Source: Methanobacteriota archaeon (GTDB lineage Archaea > Hydrothermarchaeota > Hydrothermarchaeia > Hydrothermarchaeales > JACRDW01). From it: DNA of 17,800 nt. The number at the start of each line of letters is the position of its first letter. Positions within the stretch are counted from its first letter, which is position 1. The stretch spans positions 1 to 17,800 of the forward strand of contig JBDRDL010000047.1 of NCBI GenBank assembly GCA_043820925.1, in the 5' to 3' direction. A program made the translations under genes and the position numbers. Under the pieces are notes generated by a model that was not told where the DNA came from, made no database searches, and saw nothing but the letters and a program-made list of their open reading frames with translations. Of this stretch, positions 1 through 6,705 are shown one piece after another.

Positions 1-18
1 CCCTACCTAAATCCTATT

Positions 19-40
19 TACGTTATCTATAATTAACGTA
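19..40. promoter_or_regulatory. Inverted repeat TACGTTA-N8-TAACGTA, candidate operator
   Basis: Perfect 7-bp arms at 19-25 and 34-40, next to an AT-rich TATA-like stretch (41-48) upstream of the ATPase gene. Confidence 0.4.
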
Positions 41-61
41 TTTTTAAATTTTGAGTTAATC

Positions 62-75
62 ATAACATTTATATA
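62..75 (+). promoter_or_regulatory. Archaeal BRE/TATA promoter of the ATPase gene (probably leaderless)
   Basis: ATAACA-TTTATATA, with the TATA at 68-75 about 23-30 nt upstream of ATG 98. Confidence 0.55.
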
Positions 76-97
76 CTTGAAAGTTGGCTGATTTGTT

Positions 98-1417
98 ATG
101 GATATAGCTGCGTGGATGGTACGCTTCAACGAGTGGTGGAAGACCGGCGAGGTCAGGAGAGAGCTTAAAAGGGAGAAGCACAGGGCGCTCTTTCAAGAAG
201 TATCGAAGTATGTCGAGGACAGACAGGTCGTAGCCGTTGTAGGGCTCAGAAGGACAGGAAAAACGACGCTCATGTACCAGTTAATTGACCACCTGCTGGG
301 CAGCGGCGTTAACCCTAAAAACATCCTCTATTTTTCCTTTGATGAGGTTATCTCTACTGAGCCAGAAGTGCTGGAGAAGGTCATAGAAAGCTATAGAAAG
401 ATGATTCTGAAGAGCGAAGAAAAAACTTACATCTTTCTCGACGAAGTGCAGTACGTAGAAAAATGGCAGGCTGTTGTAAAGAGATACTACGATTTATATC
501 CTGATATGAAATTTTTTGTTTCAGGCTCTGCGAGTCTGTATATAAAGAAGGCAAAGGAAAGTCTTGTCGGTAGAATTTACGAGTTCATGCTGCCTCCTCT
601 CAGCTTTAGAGAATTTTTGGAGATGAAGGGTCTGCATCTGCTGGTAGATATTGCGAAGTTTGAATTTGAAGCCATAGAGAAATGCTATAAACGCCTGCTC
701 CTGCACAGAGACGAAATAGAGACCTACCTGAGCGAATACATGATAAAAGGCGGTTTTCCGGAAATCTTAGACGAAAAATCTACAGAGCGGATACACAAAT
801 ATCTGAGAACAGGCACAGATAGAATCATCTTTCAGGACTTGCCTAAAGTATTTGGCATAAAGGAACCTGCGTTGCTGATAGAACTGCTAAAAATCATCGC
901 TGCACAAAGTGGTTGCGTGCTTGAGTATGAGGGCATTGGAAAATCGCTAAAAATAACAAGGCAGAGCGTGTCAAACTACATGCTTTATTTGCAGGAATCT
1001 TTTTTAGTTAGGATGCTCATGAATTACACAGGAAGCTATCTTGCAGGCACGAGAAAGGCCAAGAAATTCTATATTCGGGACAACGGGATAATGAACGCAC
1101 TTCTTGAGAAAGGCGAAGAAGTTTTCTCTGAGGAATATGCCGGCAGGTTGATGGAGAACCTCGTCGTTAATCATCTGGACCCAAAATATTTCTGGCGCAG
1201 GGATTATGAAGTGGACATAGTTCTAAAAAAAGATGGACTTATCCCGGTTGAAGTAAAATACAGGACAGACCCGACAGATATTACCGGATTAAGGAAGTTT
1301 ATGGATAGTTTTGGGAGTAGTAAAGGCATAGTGATAACCAAAGATACGCTTAAACAAAATAAATTCGGTGGAGGAGAGATATTATTTGTCCCGGCCTGGC
1401 TGTTCTTGTGCATTTAA
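98..1417 (+). CDS. AAA+ ATPase, AAA_14 + DUF4143 (COG1373 family), with C-terminal PD-(D/E)XK-like motif
   Basis: Walker A GLRRTGKT, Walker B IFLDEVQ, SGS and GGFPE motifs, KKFYIRDNG, ENLV, and C-terminal EVDIV...PVEVK; 439 aa. Confidence 0.9.
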   Translation: MDIAAWMVRFNEWWKTGEVRRELKREKHRALFQEVSKYVEDRQVVAVVGLRRTGKTTLMYQLIDHLLGSGVNPKNILYFSFDEVISTEPEVLEKVIESYRKMILKSEEKTYIFLDEVQYVEKWQAVVKRYYDLYPDMKFFVSGSASLYIKKAKESLVGRIYEFMLPPLSFREFLEMKGLHLLVDIAKFEFEAIEKCYKRLLLHRDEIETYLSEYMIKGGFPEILDEKSTERIHKYLRTGTDRIIFQDLPKVFGIKEPALLIELLKIIAAQSGCVLEYEGIGKSLKITRQSVSNYMLYLQESFLVRMLMNYTGSYLAGTRKAKKFYIRDNGIMNALLEKGEEVFSEEYAGRLMENLVVNHLDPKYFWRRDYEVDIVLKKDGLIPVEVKYRTDPTDITGLRKFMDSFGSSKGIVITKDTLKQNKFGGGEILFVPAWLFLCI

Positions 1418-1468
1418 GCGACACGCGACAGGACTGATAACCTACGAAACTTCTTAGGCATCGCCCGA

Positions 1469-1508
1469 CCATCTACCTCCCTCCGCCATCCTCTAACCCC
1501 CTCACCTG
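1469..1508 (+). repeat. Degenerate C-rich direct repeat, copy A
   Basis: CCATCTACCTCCCTCCGCCATCCTCTAACCCCCTCACCTG aligns to 2291-2329 at 33/40 positions with one gap. Confidence 0.7.
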
Positions 1509-1520
1509 CGCCGCAACGTA

Positions 1521-1549
1521 TTTATACCAAAATTGTACCAATTTGGTAC
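1521..1549 (+). promoter_or_regulatory. TATA box plus palindromic operator of the RHH gene
   Basis: TTTATA at 1521-1526; perfect palindrome GTACCAA-T-TTGGTAC at 1535-1549; extra half-site TACCAA at 1525-1530; ATG at 1551. Confidence 0.65.
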
Positions 1550-1550
1550 T

Positions 1551-1835
1551 ATGAAAACGAAATCCGTTCATGTGAGGCTGCCTCCGAAGGTTTTCGAGGA
1601 GGCGCAGAGAGTCGTTGACGAAGGGCTTTTCAGTAGCCTGAACGAGTTCGTCAAGGAGAGCGTCAGGGCAAAGGTGGAAGATCACAAGAAGCGAAAAGCC
1701 TTAGATGTGCTCTCAAAGCACTACGGCTCAAAGAAAGTGAAGCACCTCAGCGAGGGGGAGAAGGAAGAAATACTTGAACAGTTTCTGAGAGAAAGAGCGT
1801 CTGGAAGAGACGTGACGAAAGAGCTCAAGCTTTAA
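1551..1835 (+). CDS. Ribbon-helix-helix (CopG/Arc/MetJ) protein, VapB-like antitoxin or regulator
   Basis: MKTKSVHVRLPPKVFEEAQRVVDEGLFSSLNEFVKESVR fits the archaeal RHH pattern. Start moved from TTG 1533 to ATG 1551 based on TATA spacing; 94 aa. Confidence 0.8.
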   Translation: MKTKSVHVRLPPKVFEEAQRVVDEGLFSSLNEFVKESVRAKVEDHKKRKALDVLSKHYGSKKVKHLSEGEKEEILEQFLRERASGRDVTKELKL

Positions 1836-2254
1836 ATTTCTTCAGGTTTCCGGATATTTATTTTATCCTGCGGTAGTGCCGAGTAATGAGCATCTCTCGT
1901 AACAAGCACATCTGCCTTGTTGCTAATTGCAAAGCAGTAGTGGATTAAATCTGGAAGCGGGACTTCTGCATAGTCTTTCTTCAGAGACTTTGCCTTGCTA
2001 ACATCGAAATCCCTAACTTTTTCTACAACCAGCTTATTGTTTTCCTTGAGACTTGAGAGAACCGCTTTGATTTCAGCGTCTTCTATAGAACTTCTCAGCT
2101 CAGTTAAAACGAGATCCGAGATTAAGATCACGAACTCGCATTCAAGGCTTCTCCTCAGCACAGAATACGCAAATTCGCCAAGCGGTCTCAACTTATCGCT
2201 TCTTGCTTCCCAATAGTCCAAGTAGACATTTGTATCGAGGTAAATCAATGCCAT
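1832..2254 (-). CDS. vapC: PIN-domain ribonuclease, VapC-like toxin
   Basis: MALIYLDTNVYLD, LTEL, PDLIH and LVTRD carry the acidic PIN tetrad. Start moved to ATG 2254 (140 aa), with TATA-like GATATAT about 25 nt upstream on the minus strand. Confidence 0.88.
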   Translation of the reverse strand: MALIYLDTNVYLDYWEARSDKLRPLGEFAYSVLRRSLECEFVILISDLVLTELRSSIEDAEIKAVLSSLKENNKLVVEKVRDFDVSKAKSLKKDYAEVPLPDLIHYCFAISNKADVLVTRDAHYSALPQDKINIRKPEEI

Positions 2255-2290
2255 ATTGATACAGCTGGTCTGGTGATATATCTTCTTTAC

Positions 2291-2329
2291 CCATCGCCTC
2301 CCTCCAACATCCTCTAACGCCCTCCTCTG
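2291..2329 (+). repeat. Degenerate C-rich direct repeat, copy B
   Basis: CCATCGCCTCCCTCCAACATCCTCTAACGCCCTCCTCTG matches 1469-1508. Confidence 0.7.
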
Positions 2330-2400
2330 ACCATTTTGCAACACCTACAGACCATAAATTCAATATACTAATAAATACAACGATACAGCGGGAAAGAACA

Positions 2401-2910
2401 ATGGTCGCCATTCAAAAACATCAAAGCCTTTCTTACACAGGCACGCAGATAAATTACTACTTCGTATGCAAAAAGAAGCTCTGGCTCTTTTCCAGGAACC
2501 TTACAATGGAGCAGACCTCAGACCTCGTCCACATAGGCAAGCTTATCCACGAAACAAGCTATCCGAGAAAATTCAAAGAAATAACGATTGAGAATATAAA
2601 GATAGACTTCTTGGAGAGAGGCTGCGAGATACACGAGGTGAAGAGATCTAAGAGGATAGAAAAGGCGCATGTCTATCAGTTACTTTATTACCTGTACTAC
2701 CTGAAGAAATTGGGCATTGCTGCGAGAGGCATTATAAACTACCCCCTGTTAAGAAAGACTGCGGAGGTTGAGCTGACCGAAGAAAAGGAGAAGGAGATGG
2801 AAGGGGTTCTAGGCGAGATTGAGCAAATACTTTCTCAGGAAAAACCTCCGTTGGTGGAGAAGAAATCCTACTGCAAAAAGTGCAGCTATTACGAGCTTTG
2901 CTGGAGCTGA
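2401..2910 (+). CDS. cas4: CRISPR-associated exonuclease Cas4 (I-B type)
   Basis: TGTQINYYFVCKKKLWLF, GKLIHE, IDF, EVK, QLLYY and C-terminal CKKCSYYELC (Fe-S cysteines); directly upstream of cas1. Confidence 0.95.
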   Translation: MVAIQKHQSLSYTGTQINYYFVCKKKLWLFSRNLTMEQTSDLVHIGKLIHETSYPRKFKEITIENIKIDFLERGCEIHEVKRSKRIEKAHVYQLLYYLYYLKKLGIAARGIINYPLLRKTAEVELTEEKEKEMEGVLGEIEQILSQEKPPLVEKKSYCKKCSYYELCWS

Positions 2911-2914
2911 GCAA

Positions 2915-3904
2915 ATGGAGAAAAACTATTACATACTCCAGAGCGGGAGGCTGAAGAGAGAAGAAAATACTGTTTACTTCGAGAACAAAGAGGGTAAAAA
3001 AGCAATTCCGGTAAATGACATAAACGCAATCTATGCCTTCGGAGAGCTGGATATTAACACAAAGCTGCTCGTTTTTCTCTCGCAGAATAAAATTCCTGTG
3101 CACTTTTTCAATTACTATGGCTACTATTCAGGCACTTACTACCCGAGAGAATACCTGAATTCAGGATTTCTCTTAGTAAAGCAGGTAGAGCACTACCTCG
3201 ATGGGAAAAGGCGGGCTGAGATTGCAAAGGAGATTGTCAGGTCCGCAAGCCATAATATTTTGAAGAATCTGCTCTATTATAAAAAGCACGAAAAAAGCGT
3301 AGAGGATAAAATAGAGAGGATAAAGCAGCTCCAAGAACAAATAGAATACGCAGAGAAAGTTCAGGAGCTGATGGGCATTGAAGGAAACATAAGAGATGCG
3401 TACTACAGAAGTTTCAATGACTTCCTGCGTGAAGGCTTCGAATTCGAGAAGCGCGTGAAGAGACCCCCAGACAATATGATAAACTGTCTCATTTCCTTCG
3501 GGAATTCCCTTGCATATACGACGACGCTGACAGAGATATATCATACCCAGCTGAATCCCACAATAAGCTATCTTCACGAGCCTGGCGAAAGGAGATTTTC
3601 TCTGAGCCTGGATATAAGCGAGATATTCAAGCCGATAATCGTTGATAGAATAATCTTCAATCTTATTAATAACAGGATAATAAAGCCAGAACATTTCCTG
3701 CAGGAATTGAATTTTTGCTATTTAAATGACGAGGGCAAAAAAATTTTCCTTTCAGAGTATGACGAGAAACTAAAGACAACGATAATGCACAAAGGACTGG
3801 CAAGGAATGTATCTTACCAGAGGTTAATCAGGCTTGACTGCTACAAATTGGTCAAGCATCTGATTGATGAGAAGAAATATGAAGGCTTCAAGGCGTGGTG
3901 GTGA
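2915..3904 (+). CDS. cas1: CRISPR-associated endonuclease Cas1, subtype I-B-like
   Basis: HFFNYYGYYSG, LMGIEG, RPPDNMINCLISFGN, SYLHEP, LSLDISEIFKP and terminal WW. True start ATG 2915; 329 aa. Confidence 0.97.
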   Translation: MEKNYYILQSGRLKREENTVYFENKEGKKAIPVNDINAIYAFGELDINTKLLVFLSQNKIPVHFFNYYGYYSGTYYPREYLNSGFLLVKQVEHYLDGKRRAEIAKEIVRSASHNILKNLLYYKKHEKSVEDKIERIKQLQEQIEYAEKVQELMGIEGNIRDAYYRSFNDFLREGFEFEKRVKRPPDNMINCLISFGNSLAYTTTLTEIYHTQLNPTISYLHEPGERRFSLSLDISEIFKPIIVDRIIFNLINNRIIKPEHFLQELNFCYLNDEGKKIFLSEYDEKLKTTIMHKGLARNVSYQRLIRLDCYKLVKHLIDEKKYEGFKAWW

Positions 3905-3906
3905 GG

Positions 3907-4170
3907 TTGTACGTTGTTGTCGTATATGACGTTGCGGTTGAAAGGATTAATAAAGTCAGGCAATTCCTGAAGCAGTACCTCAACTGGATACAGAATTCTG
4001 CATTTGAGGGGGAACTCACAGTGGGGAGTCTGGCAGAAGTAAAAGTAGGGCTCAAAGAATTGATAGATGAGAACCAAGATTCGATTATTTTTTTCATTGC
4101 AATGAGCCAGAAATGGCTCAAGAAAGAGGTTCTGGGTATAGAGAAAAGCGAAATTTCCAGCATAATTTGA
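3907..4170 (+). CDS. cas2: CRISPR-associated endoribonuclease Cas2
   Basis: YVVVVYDV, WIQNSAFEG and DSII motifs. Likely TTG start at 3907 after an SD-like GGTGAGG (ORF track start 3895). Confidence 0.95.
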   Translation: MYVVVVYDVAVERINKVRQFLKQYLNWIQNSAFEGELTVGSLAEVKVGLKELIDENQDSIIFFIAMSQKWLKKEVLGIEKSEISSII

Positions 4171-4289
4171 CCAGCACCGCAAAAGTCAACATTTATAAAT
4201 AACACGCACAACTGAAGGTTGACTTTTCCACCCTTCGAAAAGCAGATATATACGAACTTATCTAAGTAAAATAAGCCATTTTCCGGCGG
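4171..4289 (+). promoter_or_regulatory. CRISPR leader
   Basis: AT-rich noncoding segment between cas2 and the first repeat. Contains the inverted repeat AAAAGTCAAC/GTTGACTTTT (4181-4190, 4218-4227) and BRE/TATA-like CGAAAAGCAGATATATA (4236-4252). Confidence 0.85.
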
Positions 4290-5516
4290 GTTTGAATAGG
4301 ACTAGTGTAGTATTGAAATTTGGAATCACTGAGAAGTAAACAATCTGTATTAAGTGTTTGAATAGGACTAGTGTAGTATTGAAATATTCTTCATTCTATC
4401 ACCCCACATTAATTCTATTCTTGTTTGAATAGGACTAGTGTAGTATTGAAATTGAAAAAAGAAGCGTCATCACTGAAAAAGTGAGAAAGTTTGAATAGGA
4501 CTAGTGTAGTATTGAAATGCGTTAAAGCCAAGACAAGAACAAAGGTCTTTATAGTTTGAATAGGACTAGTGTAGTATTGAAATATCACAAAGCCTGTCTG
4601 GGTCTGCGCAAGTATAGCCAGTTTGAATAGGACTAGTGTAGTATTGAAATATGACTGTAAATGAATTGAGAATTAACGTTAGAGAACTGTTTGAATAGGA
4701 CTAGTGTAGTATTGAAATAGGAAGCGGTCTTCTCATTCAACAGTTTAATTTTCGTTTGAATAGGACTAGTGTAGTATTGAAATACTAACCTGTCTGCTCA
4801 TCTACAACCTCCAAAAAATTGTTTGAATAGGACTAGTGTAGTATTGAAATATATTTTCCCCAGTTCGATTAAGACTCCTTTTGCCATGTTTGAATAGGAC
4901 TAGTGTAGTATTGAAATAAGCTTGATGTCGGCGTGGCAGGGACGAGCTTCGCAGTTTGAATAGGACTAGTGTAGTATTGAAATCCAGTCAGACAGCTTGC
5001 GGAGCTCAACCTTTTTGTCGGTTTGAATAGGACTAGTGTAGTATTGAAATTCCTATGCCCCCGAGTTCGTAGATAGTTGGGATGCGTGTTTGAATAGGAC
5101 TAGTGTAGTATTGAAATAATTGTGTTGCAGATAAGTTGACTTATCGCCAATGTGTTTGAATAGGACTAGTGTAGTATTGAAATAGGAGAAGCAAGACATC
5201 GGCAAGCTCGTAGCAGAGAGTTTGAATAGGACTAGTGTAGTATTGAAATCAGTTTGCGTCCGTAGATGATGTTTCTTGCACCAGTGTTTGAATAGGACTA
5301 GTGTAGTATTGAAATTGGGGACGTGAACTACATTCCTTTCGGCTACAATTATCAGGTTTGAATAGGACTAGTGTAGTATTGAAATAGGGATATTTATGTT
5401 TGAATTATCCGCTAAAATAAGTTTGAATAGGACTAGTGTAGTATTGAAATTTTTATGAACCATCCTTTGCTGGGGCAGTTTTTGGCGTTTGAATAGGACT
5501 AGTGTAGTATTTACTT
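4290..5516 (+). CRISPR. CRISPR array: 30-nt repeat GTTTGAATAGGACTAGTGTAGTATTGAAAT, 19 repeats, 18 spacers (35-40 nt)
   Basis: 18 identical repeats start at 4290, 4356, 4423, 4489, 4554, 4621, 4689, 4754, 4821, 4888, 4954, 5021, 5088, 5154, 5220, 5286, 5356 and 5421. A terminal copy at 5487 matches only the first 25 nt. The ATTGAAAT 3' handle, leader position and degenerate trailer give + orientation. Confidence 0.99.
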
Positions 5517-5532
5517 TTTATTCATCTTCTTC
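5510..5532 (+). terminator. Putative oligo-T terminator of the CRISPR transcript
   Basis: TTTACTTTTTATTCATCTTCTTC immediately follows the last repeat. Confidence 0.35.
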
Positions 5533-5657
5533 GAAAGCCTTCTCTTCATTTCTTCGATGCTCTTCGGCTCTTCCTCTGTAATTTCGGAGAGCGCATCCTT
5601 TGCAGGCTCTAAATCTTTGAAGATTTTTTTGTATAGTTTGAAAAGCGGCTTGCCCAT
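5511..5657 (-). CDS. Small hypothetical protein, 48 aa (missing from ORF track)
   Basis: MGKPLFKLYKKIFKDLEPAKDALSEITEEEPKSIEEMKRRLSKKMNKK*. Starts 10 nt after the methyltransferase stop, fills the gap exactly, and has K/E-rich host-like composition. Confidence 0.6.
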   Translation of the reverse strand: MGKPLFKLYKKIFKDLEPAKDALSEITEEEPKSIEEMKRRLSKKMNKK

Positions 5658-5667
5658 GATAAAGCAT

Positions 5668-6141
5668 TCAAGAATAACGATTGCAAACTATTACAGCGTC
5701 GAGCTCCCCGCTGCCCACGAAGAATTCTTTCTGGATTTTCCAGTTTTTGAACTCGCTTTTCAACCATTGGAGTTTTTCCTGCTTGTTGTATTCGCTGCAA
5801 AAAATAGATGCGACTGCCCTGCCCGTGTTGGATAAAACCCTTCCGATTTCTCTGTTTCGCATCAAGCGAATTGCATCAATACAGAAAATAGTATCAAAAA
5901 TTTTTGATTTGAATGGTAGAGCATCGCCGCTTGCGAGAACTTTCGCTGCTCCAGCTTTTTTCAGATTTTCCAAATCAATGTCGACAGCATACGCATTAGG
6001 GAGATGCTTCTCCAGAAAACCTGCTCCGCACCCAACGTCGAGAATCCTGCCCTCCGGCATAACCTGGTCTAGAATTCCTTTTATTTTTCTCTCCTGAATT
6101 TCCCTCATCCAGTCGGCGTAAATTTTGCTGCTTATCGCCAT
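5668..6141 (-). CDS. Class I SAM-dependent methyltransferase
   Basis: Motif I ILDVGCGAG, then AVDID, GDALPFK and FDTIFC. Confidence 0.85.
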   Translation of the reverse strand: MAISSKIYADWMREIQERKIKGILDQVMPEGRILDVGCGAGFLEKHLPNAYAVDIDLENLKKAGAAKVLASGDALPFKSKIFDTIFCIDAIRLMRNREIGRVLSNTGRAVASIFCSEYNKQEKLQWLKSEFKNWKIQKEFFVGSGELDAVIVCNRYS

Positions 6142-6674
6142 AGGGAAAGCCTCTTCTCCTTCAATTCTCGCGCCTTTCTCTGGAGAAATTTATAAACAAC
6201 GCTGTGCGGCATCCCCCTGGCAAGCATGATTATAGCTTCCCTTGCAACTTGTACCTCGTCCAGAGTTCCGACTATTGCTGCTCCTTTCCCGAAAACTGAA
6301 ATAGAAGCCTTTGTCATGTCCTCGATATATTTTCTCGTCTTTCCCTGCCGGCCTATTATTCTGCCTTTCTGACGCAGCAGAGCTTTTTTAGACCGCCCGA
6401 CAAAATCCTCAAGCTCAATTATCTCCAACGCATAGTCATCGCTGCAAAGTTTCATGGCTTTGCTGGGATTCAATCCTTTTCCAATCGCTCTTATAACGTC
6501 CCTCGCCTTCCACTCAGCAAGAACATCTTCGCCCTGATTTTCAGCTGTAACTATACCCTCCTCTGCATCTATATTCAACTTCACCTTGAGTCTTTCCTCG
6601 ATTTCTTTTCTAACCTCCCCACCCTTGCCTATTAGTACACCCACCCTGTTCATCGGAATTCTCACATACTCCAT
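6132..6674 (-). CDS. KH-domain rRNA-processing protein (archaeal Dim2/Pno1)
   Basis: GVLIGKGG and GRIIGRQGKT KH motifs, GMPHSVVYKFL. True start ATG 6674 with SD GAGGTG; follows rio1. Confidence 0.92.
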   Translation of the reverse strand: MEYVRIPMNRVGVLIGKGGEVRKEIEERLKVKLNIDAEEGIVTAENQGEDVLAEWKARDVIRAIGKGLNPSKAMKLCSDDYALEIIELEDFVGRSKKALLRQKGRIIGRQGKTRKYIEDMTKASISVFGKGAAIVGTLDEVQVAREAIIMLARGMPHSVVYKFLQRKARELKEKRLSLWR

Positions 6675-6705
6675 TTGAATCCACCTCTCAGCACTTCGTC
6701 CCGAC

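Noticed and set aside
3..20. Reverse-strand similarity to the CRISPR repeat (13/18) at the window edge
   Set aside because: Short, AT-rich and truncated by the window; cannot be distinguished from chance.
1430..1450. AGGACT...GAAAC as a pseudo-repeat (CreA-like)
   Set aside because: Only two short blocks match, the spacing differs, and there is no partner repeat.
2356..2382. Minus-strand TAGTATATTGAAT resembling the repeat 3' handle near the cas4 promoter
   Set aside because: Needs several gaps, is AT-rich promoter DNA, and the following sequence has no seed match to any promoter in the window.
2193..2411. 72-aa minus-strand ORF upstream of PIN as a cognate antitoxin
   Set aside because: Overlaps PIN, cas4 and the promoter/repeat region, and has no antitoxin-like features.
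5398..5405. GTTTGAAT inside spacer 17 as a partial extra repeat
   Set aside because: Only 8 nt, and the spacer length (35 nt) is normal.
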